DNA of 64,000 nt, from positions 160,001 through 224,000 of the forward strand of contig JBEKSS010000002.1 of assembly GCA_049516875.1 (NCBI GenBank), given 5' to 3'. Origin of the DNA: Candidatus Bathyarchaeia archaeon (GTDB lineage Archaea; Thermoproteota; Bathyarchaeia; Bathyarchaeales; Bathycorpusculaceae). The notes under the pieces are model-generated. The model saw nothing but the letters and a program-made list of their open reading frames with translations. It did no database searches and had not been told where the DNA came from. Positions 48,041 through 58,934 of the stretch are shown here, piece by piece (the first letter of the stretch is position 1; each line of letters opens with the position of its first letter). Position numbers and translations under genes: made by a program.

Positions 48041-49954
48041 TCACTGTTTGTTCGCTTGTTCAAGTCTCTTTTTGACTAATTCACTCACAAGTGTTGCGTT
48101 GGCTTTGCCTCGAACTTCTTTCATTACAACACCTATCAGCGGTCCAAAGGCGTTTACTCCCCGCTGTTCAATCAAGCTTCTGTTGCGCTCAATTATGGAA
48201 TCAATGATTTTCTCAAGCTCTTCCCTCGAGAGCATCTTTAACCCGATGTTATCGACTGCTTCCTCCACGGTCTTGTCCTCATGCAATGAAAGCCAATTGA
48301 CGATTTCAGGGATGGCCTCTTTCGTCAATCCTCCTGAACCCACGGCCTTGAAAATTTCCCTTATCGTGTTCTCAGAGATCTTTTCGACGCAGACGCCGTC
48401 ACGTTTCAGTGCTTTTGCCGTTTCTGTCATGAAGGCTGCAACGGTTGTTGGCGAGACATTGCTCTCTTTTACGATGGTTTCGAACAACTCGCCATTTTCG
48501 GAATCAAGTACTTGTTTGGCCAATTTCTGATTCAGCCTGTGCACTTTGATGAGCCGTTCGAGTTTCTGTTCTGGGAGTTCTGGCAGGCGAAGGCCAACTT
48601 TTCTCACGAAGTCTTCGGTTATCTGTATAGGTGGGATGTCCGTTTCGGGATACATTCTTGCTGCTCCTGGGCGAGGCCTCATGTACTTGGTCGTTCCATC
48701 AGGGTTTGGTGCACGAGTCTCCGCTGGTACGCCCTTTAAGGCTTCTCGGGCTCTTTCCACGACGGCTTTCAATGCGTCCTTGGCGTTTTCAGCCTTGTCC
48801 GCAACGAACACCACTGCGTCTTCATCTTGTGCTTTGACCATTTTTCTCAGTTCTTCAACCTCTTCTGTCGTGATCCCGTACGCTGGCATTTCATCTGTGT
48901 GGAATATGCCGCCGACTCTCCCCCAGAATCTGGCTCTGTCAGCAATTTCTGTTCCGAGGCGAAACCCCGGCATCAGTTCTCGCTTCAAGAAACCTTTGAA
49001 TTTCAGCAGTTTCACCGCTAAGACTTGCCGGTTTCCATCCAAGGCTTTCCGGACTACCTTGCACTTTGTCCGCTTGAAAACATGGCTAACGTCGAAGAAT
49101 TCCTCTTTCAGATTCTCTTGTTTCACTCCTGCCTTGTTCAGCTCCTCAGTGATTCTTATGAGGCTCAGTTGACGTTGAACCTCGTACTCCACGACCAGAG
49201 GAACGAGTTCAAGCTCTTGAAGGCCCTTGATCTCCATGAGTGCGCCGTTTGGAATTGATATGTTTATGTCTTGGCGTATCGTGCCCAAGCCGCGTATCAC
49301 TCTTCCTGTAGCTCTCAAGATTCTTCCAATCGCAAAAGCGACTTCTTCTGCTTCTTTCGGCGATTTTATGACTGGTGCGGTTGCAATCTCTATCAGTGGT
49401 ATGCCCAGACGGTCTATGCGATAACGAGTTATGTTGCTTTCTTCCTCTCCAGTTTTCCTCGCTGCGTCCTCTTCTAAGCCAGCATGTTGAATGGGAACGG
49501 TTTTTTCTCCTACCTTTATCTCGCCGTTTAAAGCTATTACACATGTTCTCTGGAAACCCGTTGTGTTGGAACCGTCTATCACCGTCTTGCGCATTACATG
49601 AATTTCATCAACAGGTTTGGCCTTCATCATCAAGGCCACGGTCAGGATTGTTTCAACGGCTTCTGGGTTTAACGGGTGAGGCGGCTCCTCATCCATTTCA
49701 ACGAGGCACGAGGTTGTCCTGTTCGCCTCGTAAAGGATTCTCACCCCTTTCTGAAACTCGAAATAAGCCGCGGGATCCACTTGGCCAAGCTCGCTTTGGG
49801 TAGGTCTGAGTCCCCGGAGAAAAGTTATTTCTGGTTCTTCCTTGAAAAGTGCCGGTTTGCAGTTGCAGAACAATTTTGCAGAAGTATTCAGCTGCTGGTG
49901 GATTTCCAAGCCGACTTTCAAACCGACCTTCTCATAGTCTATTTCCAATGTCAC
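48041..49954 (-). CDS. gatE: Glu-tRNA(Gln) amidotransferase subunit E
   Basis: GLEIHQQL, DGSNTTGFQRT, DRLGIPLIEI, RPRPGAARMYPETD. Confidence 0.97.
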   Translation of the reverse strand: MTLEIDYEKVGLKVGLEIHQQLNTSAKLFCNCKPALFKEEPEITFLRGLRPTQSELGQVDPAAYFEFQKGVRILYEANRTTSCLVEMDEEPPHPLNPEAVETILTVALMMKAKPVDEIHVMRKTVIDGSNTTGFQRTCVIALNGEIKVGEKTVPIQHAGLEEDAARKTGEEESNITRYRIDRLGIPLIEIATAPVIKSPKEAEEVAFAIGRILRATGRVIRGLGTIRQDINISIPNGALMEIKGLQELELVPLVVEYEVQRQLSLIRITEELNKAGVKQENLKEEFFDVSHVFKRTKCKVVRKALDGNRQVLAVKLLKFKGFLKRELMPGFRLGTEIADRARFWGRVGGIFHTDEMPAYGITTEEVEELRKMVKAQDEDAVVFVADKAENAKDALKAVVERAREALKGVPAETRAPNPDGTTKYMRPRPGAARMYPETDIPPIQITEDFVRKVGLRLPELPEQKLERLIKVHRLNQKLAKQVLDSENGELFETIVKESNVSPTTVAAFMTETAKALKRDGVCVEKISENTIREIFKAVGSGGLTKEAIPEIVNWLSLHEDKTVEEAVDNIGLKMLSREELEKIIDSIIERNRSLIEQRGVNAFGPLIGVVMKEVRGKANATLVSELVKKRLEQANKQ

Positions 49955-49979
49955 TCAGCCCCTTCCATTCAACGTCCAC

Positions 49980-51302
49980 TCATTCTGGAACAGTGCGCGG
50001 TGAAATCTCGCCCGCAACGCTTGTCTTCAAAAGTCTCTTGGCCTCCTCTACGTCTTGTGTTTGCCCTAAAACCCACATGAGCTTAACAAGAGCTGTCTCA
50101 GGAAGCATGTCCTCTAAGGGAATCACGCCCTGCGCCTGCAAGTCGCGGCCTGCGTCATAAACGTTCATGTTAACCCTTCCCCAAATGCACTGAGATGTCA
50201 TTGCAACAACAACGTTTTTCTCGACGGCTTTTCGCACAGCTTCGAGACTCTTCGTGCTAATATGGCCTAGACCTGTTCCTTCAAGAATCATTCCTTTATA
50301 GCCTTCATCCACAAACCAGTCTATCACTGCAGGGTTCATGCTTGGGTAAAACTTGATCAGGGCAACTTTTTCGTTGAATTCTGGCTTCAACGCAAGTTTA
50401 TCTGAGGAACAACGCTTTCTGTAATCCCCTGTCAGCATGGTTATTTCTCGGTTTTTTATTCTTGCAATGGGCGTTGCGTTCACAGATTTGAACGCGTCTC
50501 TTCTGCTTGTGTGGCATTTCCTCACTTTTGTCCCCCTGTGAAACACTATGGAGTCGTCTGACGTTGTTTCATGCATCGCAACCGTAACTTCTGCGAAGGG
50601 TCCTTTTGCCGCCGCTGTAACCGCTCCTATGACATTTGTTGCTGCATCCGAACTCGGCCGATCTGCTGAGCGTTGCGAACCCACAATTACCACTGGAACG
50701 GGAAGGTTTTGCAATGCAAAGCTGAGGGCTGCCGCCGTGTAGCCCATGGTGTCTGTTCCATGAGCTATGACAACGCCGTCCACGCCTTCTGCAACTTGGT
50801 TGGCCACGACTTTGGCGAGTTCTTTCCAATGTTGTGGGGTTATGTTTTCGCTGAAAAGACTGAACAATATCTGAGTGTCTATTCGGGCTATGCCTGCCAG
50901 TTCCGGCACGACACTGTAGAGGTCGCTCGCCGTCAGGGCGGGTCGCACGCCGCCTGTTCTGTAATCCACTCGGCTGGCTATGGTTCCGCCTGTGCTTATT
51001 ATGGTGACTCTTGGCAATTGTGGATTCTGTTTGGGTTGGGGCGGAGCTGCAAAGGTGGGTTTTGTTCCTTTCCCTATTTTCTCTATCGTAGTGTCTGTTG
51101 TTATTTTTATGCCGATGTTGTAGCCGTTTTTCAGTTTTACGACAATGTGAGTTTCATCGCCGTACTCCGAGCGCGGAATCAAGATTCCTTCGTAGACCTC
51201 ACTTTTTCTCGTCACACGTATAATGTCACCCACTTCGGCTGCGACTTTCATTATGCTTGCCAATGCTTCTCCTTTGTAGCCTGAAAATCCCTTTTCACTC
51301 AT
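49980..51302 (-). CDS. gatD: Glu-tRNA(Gln) amidotransferase subunit D
   Basis: STGGTIASRVDY, HGTDTM, SQRSADRPSSD, KCHTSRRDAF. Confidence 0.97.
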   Translation of the reverse strand: MSEKGFSGYKGEALASIMKVAAEVGDIIRVTRKSEVYEGILIPRSEYGDETHIVVKLKNGYNIGIKITTDTTIEKIGKGTKPTFAAPPQPKQNPQLPRVTIISTGGTIASRVDYRTGGVRPALTASDLYSVVPELAGIARIDTQILFSLFSENITPQHWKELAKVVANQVAEGVDGVVIAHGTDTMGYTAAALSFALQNLPVPVVIVGSQRSADRPSSDAATNVIGAVTAAAKGPFAEVTVAMHETTSDDSIVFHRGTKVRKCHTSRRDAFKSVNATPIARIKNREITMLTGDYRKRCSSDKLALKPEFNEKVALIKFYPSMNPAVIDWFVDEGYKGMILEGTGLGHISTKSLEAVRKAVEKNVVVAMTSQCIWGRVNMNVYDAGRDLQAQGVIPLEDMLPETALVKLMWVLGQTQDVEEAKRLLKTSVAGEISPRTVPE

Positions 51303-52945
51303 TCTTGATTCTCCAACGTTTTTGACATGTAAACTCCATCGTACTTGTAGCCAAGTCGCTTATAGTACTGTTTTGTGCCGAGGGCACTTATAACTAGAAT
51401 CTTTTTTAGATCATAGTCCTCTCTAGTTATGCTTTCTGCTTTGGCCAGTAGGATGCTGCCGTAGCCTTTGTGTTGCCACGCGTTGTCAAAGTGTTTGCCA
51501 ACCGGGACTAGGGATCCGTATACGTGGAGTTCCCGCACTATGGAACATGGTTTCGCTTTCACTTCCTGTCTGTGAGCCTTTTCCGAAGGGATTCTTAACC
51601 TCAGGTACCCTATCAAAACATCATTCTTCAAATCTTCCGCCGAAATGAAGATCTCCTCGCCTTCAGAAGCCTCGTAGTGCGTCGTGAGAATGTCCACTTC
51701 ATGTGGGTCGAGTTTCACCTTGCTTCCTGTTCGGTGGCCTACTTCTCTGCAGCGTATGCATTCGCATTTTGTGCCTTCCTCTGTCAGCTTCCGTTGCACT
51801 AGTTGTCTCAGGTTGCTTCTGTTCACTCCCGCAACGATTAATGGCGCAGGAATGTCTCGCTGGACACGCATGATGCGCACCCATCTCGGAACGTTCTTCT
51901 TGATTTCTGTAATAAGGTCTACTGCCTCCTCGTTTGTATAAGGCCTGAACACATCCTCGAGGTACCATTTGTAGGCCCTTGTGTTTTTCAAGACTAAGCA
52001 CGGGTAAATCTTTATCATGTCAGGCTTGAAACGGGGATCCGTAAAGATTCTCTTGAATGCTTGCAAGTCTCTTTTTCGGTTTGAGCCGGGAAGCCCCGGC
52101 ATCAAGTGGTAGACTATTTTCAGTCCGGCGTCTTTCATTATTCGTGTGGATTCAACAACGTCTCGAACCGTGTGTGTTCTGCCGACTAAGCGGTATATCT
52201 TGTCGTTGGGATTTTGAACACCCATTTCCACACGGGTTACGCCCATGCTCAGCATATGGTCTACGTGGATTTCCATAGCCCAGTCTGGCCGCGTTTCCAC
52301 GGTTATGCCGACGTTGCGCTTCTTGCTTCTTTCCGCGTTCTTTTTTGCTTCTTCAAGACTTCTTGCTTCTTTTCCAGTGATGGCGTCGAGGCAACGTTGT
52401 ACAAACCATGTTTGGTAGTCCAGAGGCGTGGCGGGAAAAGTTCCACCCATTATGATGAGTTCTATCTTGTCAACGTTGTGCCCTATGGCTTGTAATTGTT
52501 CGATGCGGGATTTGACCTGCAGGAACGGGTTAAAGTCGTTCTGCAGTCCGCGCATGGCTGCGGGTTCAAAACCGGTATAGCTCTGCGGGACGCCCATCGC
52601 AGGTCCTCCTGGACAGTACGCACAGGGCTCGGCTTGTGGACAAGGATACGGCTTTGTCATTGCCGCTACTACTGTGACACCGGAGATTGTGCGTGTGGCC
52701 TTCCTTCTCAGAAGTGCCAATAGTTTGCGTTTCTCTTCAGTTCTTAGTAAGCGTATCATTTCGGAGTTTGACGGTACTCTTTGCAGGTGATATTTGATGG
52801 CAACCTGGTTTTTGAGACAACTCAAATCGTGATAACTAGGTGAAGGGCTACTCATTAGGGTTTCAATGATTTCTCTCAGAGGCTTGTTTGAATTCACGTT
52901 GAAGCAACCACAGTCAACTAGGTGTGGAGCGTGCAAATAAACCAC
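51299..52945 (-). CDS. elp3: tRNA uridine(34) acetyltransferase Elp3 (radical SAM plus GNAT)
   Basis: CPQAEPCAYCPGG, ETRPD, RVQRDIP, RELHVYG, WQHKGYG. Confidence 0.95.
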   Translation of the reverse strand: MVYLHAPHLVDCGCFNVNSNKPLREIIETLMSSPSPSYHDLSCLKNQVAIKYHLQRVPSNSEMIRLLRTEEKRKLLALLRRKATRTISGVTVVAAMTKPYPCPQAEPCAYCPGGPAMGVPQSYTGFEPAAMRGLQNDFNPFLQVKSRIEQLQAIGHNVDKIELIIMGGTFPATPLDYQTWFVQRCLDAITGKEARSLEEAKKNAERSKKRNVGITVETRPDWAMEIHVDHMLSMGVTRVEMGVQNPNDKIYRLVGRTHTVRDVVESTRIMKDAGLKIVYHLMPGLPGSNRKRDLQAFKRIFTDPRFKPDMIKIYPCLVLKNTRAYKWYLEDVFRPYTNEEAVDLITEIKKNVPRWVRIMRVQRDIPAPLIVAGVNRSNLRQLVQRKLTEEGTKCECIRCREVGHRTGSKVKLDPHEVDILTTHYEASEGEEIFISAEDLKNDVLIGYLRLRIPSEKAHRQEVKAKPCSIVRELHVYGSLVPVGKHFDNAWQHKGYGSILLAKAESITREDYDLKKILVISALGTKQYYKRLGYKYDGVYMSKTLENQE

Positions 52946-53045
52946 GCTGGGACGAACCTGAAGTCTTTCAGGCGAAGTTTATTTCGGGACTGCAAAAAAA
53001 GCGAAGGATGAAAATAAGCCAGTGTTGAACCAGAGGCATCTTCTT

Positions 53046-53648
53046 TTATCTTGAAGCTTGGGCTACTCTTTCGAGTTCGTGTCGTTTTGCAACGGCGAAG
53101 CTCTTCATGTCATGGTTGCCAGCCAGTATTAGCTCTTCGGCGAGGCATTCTTCTATAGAGCGTGGATTGTTTACTGCTGCTTGTCTTGCTCCGTCTGCGA
53201 GGTGTCGTATCGCTAGGTCGACTCTTCTCTGGGGAGCGATGTCCACTGATTGGTGGTAGACGATGCCGCCCATGCTGATGCGTGTCGTGTCTTCGCAGGG
53301 AGCAGAGTTCTCCACGGCCTTGATCAAGACTTCTACAGGGTTTTTGCCTGTGCGCAGGTTAACTATTTCGAACGCGTGGTCCACCATGTTCATTACCTTG
53401 GCTTTTTTTCCAGCGTTCTTTCCAGGACGCATTAGGTTGTTTGCAAGTCTTTCGACTATGCTTATGCTTGCCTTCCGGAAGCGCTTGTGCTCGTGTCTTC
53501 CCATGCTGTGAGGAATAACAACGGGTTTCAGTGAAACGTATCTCTGCAATCCTAAGTCTTTGACTTCGATGTTCTTGAAACTCCATTTTCCAAAAAGCTT
53601 TACTTCTCTTTCCTGTTTTTCTTCCTGCTTCTGACTCAAAACTCTCAC
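53046..53648 (-). CDS. rps7: 30S ribosomal protein S7 (uS7)
   Basis: [40 protein letters not shown]. Confidence 0.97.
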   Translation of the reverse strand: MRVLSQKQEEKQEREVKLFGKWSFKNIEVKDLGLQRYVSLKPVVIPHSMGRHEHKRFRKASISIVERLANNLMRPGKNAGKKAKVMNMVDHAFEIVNLRTGKNPVEVLIKAVENSAPCEDTTRISMGGIVYHQSVDIAPQRRVDLAIRHLADGARQAAVNNPRSIEECLAEELILAGNHDMKSFAVAKRHELERVAQASR

Positions 53649-54085
53649 CGGGCTGGCTTCTGCTTCCTTCCGTACACAAGTTCGTTCAGAGATACGCCGT
53701 TGACCGTTATGACCTTCCAGCGTACTCCGGGAATGTCGCCCATGCTTCTTCCGCGTGAGCCGCCTATTCCTTCGACTAGGACTTCATCGTGCTCGTCTAC
53801 GACGTTCAGTGCGCCGTCTCCGGGCAAGAAGGCCGTGATAAGTCTGCCGTTCTTGATCAGTTGTGTTCTGACGCACTTTCTTATGGCGCTGTTGGGCTGT
53901 TTGCTTTCCACGCCGACTTTTTCAAGAACTATGCCGCGTCCCATGGGAGACCCTTGAAGCGGATCTGCCTTGACGTCCAGTCTCAAGATTCTGCGGTTGT
54001 AGTACATGCTGCTCCAGCGGAACTTCTTGCGTTTCTCAACAAGCGCTCTTGCAGCGAATTCGCCTCTTGGAGACTTGGAACCCAT
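53645..54085 (-). CDS. rps12: 30S ribosomal protein S12 (uS12)
   Basis: [22 protein letters not shown]. Confidence 0.97.
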   Translation of the reverse strand: MGSKSPRGEFAARALVEKRKKFRWSSMYYNRRILRLDVKADPLQGSPMGRGIVLEKVGVESKQPNSAIRKCVRTQLIKNGRLITAFLPGDGALNVVDEHDEVLVEGIGGSRGRSMGDIPGVRWKVITVNGVSLNELVYGRKQKPAR

Positions 54086-54305
54086 GGATCAGTTTTCCTC
54101 TCGCTACGTCTAATCGCAATCCTGATATTTAAACTGAGCTACGGAGGTTGGAGACGTCTTCTCGCACAATCCCACTCCTTTTTCTTCGTTCGTTTCAAGT
54201 GCCCCGTGCTTTCTCCAATGGCTCACCTGGACCCTCAACATTGTCAGAACGCCGTTTGCAGTTTCCTGGGCTAGGCTTGGTCCGGACAGGTTAGTCGCAT
54301 AGGCT

Positions 54306-54497
54306 TCAGCTTCGTTTATTCCATTCTGAGCCTGTGATTTTCTTGAAAATGCTCTGCAATACCCTGTCCGTGTGGGAATCGGGGTCATAACCATACACTT
54401 CAAAGTTCTCGGATACGAGTTCCGCGATCTGGGCGAGTTCTTCATCCGTTAATTCCACCTTGGATTTCATACTTTCACCATCTACCCTCCAACTCAT
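54306..54497 (-). CDS. Small acidic hypothetical protein
   Basis: 63-aa ORF with protein-like composition. Confidence 0.45.
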   Translation of the reverse strand: MSWRVDGESMKSKVELTDEELAQIAELVSENFEVYGYDPDSHTDRVLQSIFKKITGSEWNKRS

Positions 54498-54522
54498 GCG
54501 GTAACCATAGCGCCCGCTGTCT

Positions 54523-54819
54523 TTATATTATGAACAGTAGTAGCACCGAGGTGATTAGACAGAACAGTCCTAAGAGGAACATCACCGCGGTGGTTGTCCA
54601 TAGTTTTTTGCGCGTGGGATATATGCTGTAGAAGAAAATAGAAAAAGCTGACACGAGGAATGCGGTCGCTCCTAACAGCAACGTGAACTTCAGCACATAT
54701 GGGGTGTTTTCGTTAGAAAGGCCAGTGACCTGCAGGACTGCCAGACTCAGCGCCGCCAGGGTTCCGGGGTAAGAAGCGTTTATGATGGGTTTTATGAATT
54801 TCTCTTCAAAGTCTTCCAT
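54523..54819 (-). CDS. Small three-TM membrane protein
   Basis: Three hydrophobic segments. Confidence 0.7.
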   Translation of the reverse strand: MEDFEEKFIKPIINASYPGTLAALSLAVLQVTGLSNENTPYVLKFTLLLGATAFLVSAFSIFFYSIYPTRKKLWTTTAVMFLLGLFCLITSVLLLFII

Positions 54820-55288
54820 GGGTCAGCGTTCTCCTAACTTGTTTACAAGTTGAGATATTGGTTTGTTAAGGCATTAAGCTTTTGTGAAAAACAGCTGGAG
54901 AACCTAACATCACACGTAGTTGCCGGAACAACGAGTGTGGGCATTTCCCTAGTTCTGTAGGATGTGGTTGTTGCTTATCTTTCCAATCCCACTCTTTTTC
55001 CTGATTCCTTGCTCGGCTTAGGATTGCCACAACGCTTGACGAGCCCGACATGATAAGTGAACCAATACGAAGTTACCAACAGGTCTCTGAAAAGCCTTTT
55101 CATGGTCGTAAGCGATAACTCGAACCAAACGTGAACCAGAATAACTGAACGAACTGAGCACACGAGCAAAGACCCTGTTCAGTTACTATCTATTGCTCGG
55201 TAGCTCTGTCGCACGCTAGGATAGGACGGATCGCAACTTGGTCGTGACGACGTTTTGCTGCAGGTTCTCAAAGGTTTTAAGGAACTGA

Positions 55289-56551
55289 ATGGCATTCACA
55301 GAACAAGGAAGGTCTGGCAAGTTGAGATACAGAGATTTTGTTGATTTGAAATACGAGCCGAAAGAAGCAGAGGTTGTTTGCGATTTTTATGTGGAGCCTG
55401 CAGGCGTTGATATTGATGAAGCGGCCGGAGGCGTCGCCGCTGAAAGTTCAGTGGGGACGTGGACAGAGATTTCGACAGTGAAACCTTATGTTCTCAAACT
55501 CGCGGCTCACGTGTTCAGCATGGAAGGCAACTCTGTCAAGATAGCTTATCCTTTGCAGCTTTTCGAGTCAGGAAGCATGCCGAACATACTGAGCAGTGTC
55601 GCGGGGAACGTTTTCGGGTTGAGAGCCTTGAAAAACCTGAGACTCAACGATATTCTTTTTCCGCGAGAACTTATCCGAAGCTTCAAGGGGCCGAAATACG
55701 GTGTTAAGGGAATACGGAAGCTCTTGAAGGTTAATGATCGACCGTTGGTAGGCACGATTATCAAGCCTAAGCTTGGACTGAGAACAATAGATCATGCGAA
55801 GGTCGCCTATGATGCTTGGGTTGGAGGATGCGACATCGTTAAGGATGACGAGAATCTCGGCAGTCAAACGTTTAATCCGTTTGAAGATCGCCTTGCAAAA
55901 ACCTTGGAAAGCCGAGATCGAGCTGAAGAAGAAACTGGGGAAAAGAAAGTCTACGTGGTCAACATCACGGCTGAGACGAATGAAATGTTGAAAAGAGCAG
56001 AAGCTGTCGTGAGCCACGGCGGAGAATACGTGATGATTGACATTTTAACATGCGGTTTTGCTGCCTTGCAAACGTTTCGGGATCGAGACTTCGACCTCAT
56101 CATTCACGCGCATAGGGCCGGCCACGCGGCGTTCACCAAAAATCCCAAACACGGGATTTCGATGCGTGTAATAGCCAAGGTCGCAAGGATTTTGGGTGTG
56201 GATCAGCTTCATGTTGGAACCGTTGTTGGAAAAATGTCTGAAACTGCGGAGGAAGTGGCAGAGAACCGTGATGCGTTAACGATGGAAATGGGCGGGCTGA
56301 AACCGGTGTTGCCCGTTGCCTCTGGAGGGCTTCACCCAGGACTCGTTCCCGCGCTGGTCAAGTTTTTTGGAAAGGATTTTGTGATCCAAGCCGGTGGAGG
56401 CATCCATGGCCACCCCGACGGAACTACTGCAGGGGCAAGGGCTATGCGGCAAGCGGTCGATGCGACGATGCATAATGTATCATTGGACGCGTACGCCAAG
56501 AGACACGAGGAGCTAGAGGCAGCCTTGGAAACTTGGGGACAAACCGCTTAG
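55289..56551 (+). CDS. rbcL: Form III RuBisCO large subunit
   Basis: AAESSVGTW, GTIIKPKLG, DIVKDDE, HAHRAGH, SGGLHPG, GGGIHGHPDG. Confidence 0.95.
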   Translation: MAFTEQGRSGKLRYRDFVDLKYEPKEAEVVCDFYVEPAGVDIDEAAGGVAAESSVGTWTEISTVKPYVLKLAAHVFSMEGNSVKIAYPLQLFESGSMPNILSSVAGNVFGLRALKNLRLNDILFPRELIRSFKGPKYGVKGIRKLLKVNDRPLVGTIIKPKLGLRTIDHAKVAYDAWVGGCDIVKDDENLGSQTFNPFEDRLAKTLESRDRAEEETGEKKVYVVNITAETNEMLKRAEAVVSHGGEYVMIDILTCGFAALQTFRDRDFDLIIHAHRAGHAAFTKNPKHGISMRVIAKVARILGVDQLHVGTVVGKMSETAEEVAENRDALTMEMGGLKPVLPVASGGLHPGLVPALVKFFGKDFVIQAGGGIHGHPDGTTAGARAMRQAVDATMHNVSLDAYAKRHEELEAALETWGQTA

Positions 56552-56558
56552 CGGCCCT

Positions 56559-57488
56559 TTACTTGAAAACCCATGGGTATTTCCTGTGCATTACCTCGGT
56601 TATCGAGTGCGGCGAGATTATTCCCTCTTCACATATTATGCCGTGAATGAAGTCTCTTCTGGTAACATCGAAGGCTGGGTTTCTAATGGTTAGGTTCTTC
56701 GGTGCATCTTTCCAGATTTCACTCGGGTCTCTTTCTTCTATCTTCTCGTAGTCTCCGTACATGGTTGCTGGGTCAAATTTCAGAAGTTCTGAAACCACGT
56801 AGAGGGGTGTCCGCGCTTCTTGAGCCACAAGCGCAACCATGCTTGTTCCAACCTTGTTTATCACGTTTCCTTCAGAAGTTATCGCGTCTGCTCCCACGAT
56901 TGCCAGGTCAACCTGGTTCATGAAGAACCTCGTGGCTGAGTCAACGATAAACGTCGTTTTAACGTCTAGGTCCAGCATTTCTCTCGCAGTGATCTTTCCT
57001 TGAAAAACAGGTCTGGTTTCGGTGCAGATGACTTCGAAAACCTTCCCGTCCTGTCTGGCTTTCTTCAGGAGGTGAGTAACCGTGGAAGAGTGGCAGTGAG
57101 TCAGGATCGTAGAGTTGTTTCTAATCCTTCTGGCTCCTATCTCGGCAATTCTTTCCTTTGAATCTTCGAGATCTTTCAAGAATTGCTGAGAAGCCAGCGA
57201 CACTTTTTCAGTCAGTTTTCTTACGTTTTTCTCTGTGCTCTTTTCCACTTGATTTATGATTAATCTGATGGCATTCCTCATCAGCGGTTCTGTCTCTCTT
57301 GAAGCGAAAAGAGTTTCCCTGGCCTTCAGAAGTTCTTTCAAGAATTCCTTTTTAGTCCTAGCTTTTGTCTGGCTTGCCAATGTCTCCGTCGCGGTTATCG
57401 CAGCTATGGCAACGTTTCTTGCACCCTGAACTTCAAGCTTTCTTATCTTCTCAGCCGCAATCCAAACTGGGTCCTGCAATGCCTTCAC
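56559..57488 (-). CDS. Ribose-1,5-bisphosphate isomerase (eIF2B-like family)
   Basis: VQGARNVA, THCHS, TETRP, VGADA, NKVGT, NPAFDVT; adjacent to RuBisCO. Confidence 0.88.
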   Translation of the reverse strand: MKALQDPVWIAAEKIRKLEVQGARNVAIAAITATETLASQTKARTKKEFLKELLKARETLFASRETEPLMRNAIRLIINQVEKSTEKNVRKLTEKVSLASQQFLKDLEDSKERIAEIGARRIRNNSTILTHCHSSTVTHLLKKARQDGKVFEVICTETRPVFQGKITAREMLDLDVKTTFIVDSATRFFMNQVDLAIVGADAITSEGNVINKVGTSMVALVAQEARTPLYVVSELLKFDPATMYGDYEKIEERDPSEIWKDAPKNLTIRNPAFDVTRRDFIHGIICEEGIISPHSITEVMHRKYPWVFK

Positions 57489-57646
57489 CTAAGCAAATCA
57501 CAATCTTACCTACTGAATGCACTATAAACTTTCGGTGACAATACCTTCCTAACGCGACAAACTCCAGTTCTAGTCGGCTTTCGTTAACAGAAAGACATAA
57601 CTTCTTTTGCAAAAGTATTGTATGGATACTCCAAGGTGAATGCAAT

Positions 57647-58897
57647 TTGAGAATAGGTTTCTTTGTTTATGAGTATCCACCCAAGCTCGTGGGGGGCTTG
57701 GGCACATATGCCCAATATATGACGCGTGAATATGTTCAGTTGGGTCATGATGTTTCAGTCTTTACGCTTAATCAGGGCGACTTGAAGACAACCGAGATTC
57801 TGGAAGGAGTGGATGTCCAGCGGCCATTGATTGCAGACGCGAGCAACGTTTTTCCGATGTTCGTGGTCGATGATTTGAAAAGATGGGGAACAAACATCAG
57901 ATTCTTCAACGACATATTCATCTACAACATTCTGAGTTCAACGAAGTTCCTGAACGAGTTGATCAAGAAAAGAGGCTATCATTTCGATGTAGTGTGCGTC
58001 CACGACTGGCTGAGCTGCATTTCAGGGCTCATAACAAAAAACGAGACCAAGATACCTGTGGTCTTCCACGTTCACAGCACCGAGTGGGGCAGGAGTGGAG
58101 GGCATGGCTCCGAGGTTGTCTCGCATCTTGAAGAGGCCACGGCTCAAAATGCGGACAGAATAATAACGGTAAGCAACGCAATGCAGGACGATTTGACAAG
58201 ACACGGTTGGCCTCAGTCAAAAATAAGCGTAGTGTGGAACGGCGTAGACCCAGACCAGTATGATCCAAAAAAATGCAGAAATGATGATGTGCAGCAGATA
58301 AGAGAGGAGTATGGAATCCCCAAGGACTGGAACATGATTCTTTTTCTTGGAAGGCTGACATGGGTGAAAAGCGTCAAGAACCTGGTCCAGGCGATGCCCT
58401 TGGTCTTCGAGGAGTTTCCAAAGACAAAACTTGTGATTCTGGGCAAGGGTGAAGAGCAGAGTGACATCATTGAAATGTCGAACAGGCTTGGAATCAAAGA
58501 TAAGGTTGTTTATCGGTTTGAGTTTGTCCCGGAAGCTGAGAGGATACTGCACTATGCCGCGTCAGACGTGTGTATCTTCCCGTCAGTCTACGAACCATTC
58601 GGCATAGTAAGCTTGGAAGCAATGTCCATGGAAAAACCGGTTGTCGTAGGCGCTCGAGGAGTGGTCGGCTTCCGCGAACAAGTCATCGGCTCAGGCCCCG
58701 ATCAAAACGGAGTACACGTCAACGGAGAAGACCCTGCAGACATAGCATGGGGAATAAAAGAAACCCTCAGGGACCCGAAGAAAGCAAAGGTCTGGGGCGA
58801 AAACGGACGCAAAAGGGTTCTGGACTATTTCACATGGAAAAAAGCCGCTGAAAACACGTTGGAAGTGTACAGCAAGTCAGTCGAAACGGGAGGCTAG
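57647..58897 (+). CDS. GT4 family glycosyltransferase (glycogen-synthase-like)
   Basis: EYPPKLVGGLG, HDW, HSTE.GR, YEPFGIVSLEAM. Confidence 0.9.
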   Translation: MRIGFFVYEYPPKLVGGLGTYAQYMTREYVQLGHDVSVFTLNQGDLKTTEILEGVDVQRPLIADASNVFPMFVVDDLKRWGTNIRFFNDIFIYNILSSTKFLNELIKKRGYHFDVVCVHDWLSCISGLITKNETKIPVVFHVHSTEWGRSGGHGSEVVSHLEEATAQNADRIITVSNAMQDDLTRHGWPQSKISVVWNGVDPDQYDPKKCRNDDVQQIREEYGIPKDWNMILFLGRLTWVKSVKNLVQAMPLVFEEFPKTKLVILGKGEEQSDIIEMSNRLGIKDKVVYRFEFVPEAERILHYAASDVCIFPSVYEPFGIVSLEAMSMEKPVVVGARGVVGFREQVIGSGPDQNGVHVNGEDPADIAWGIKETLRDPKKAKVWGENGRKRVLDYFTWKKAAENTLEVYSKSVETGG

Positions 58898-58934
58898 ACC
58901 CGATTATCCTGGTGCCTTAAGAACAGAATATTCT

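Noticed and set aside
55289-57488. RuBisCO as evidence for Calvin-cycle autotrophy
   Set aside because: Form III enzyme next to ribose-1,5-bisphosphate isomerase fits the known nucleoside/AMP salvage route; no phosphoribulokinase in the window
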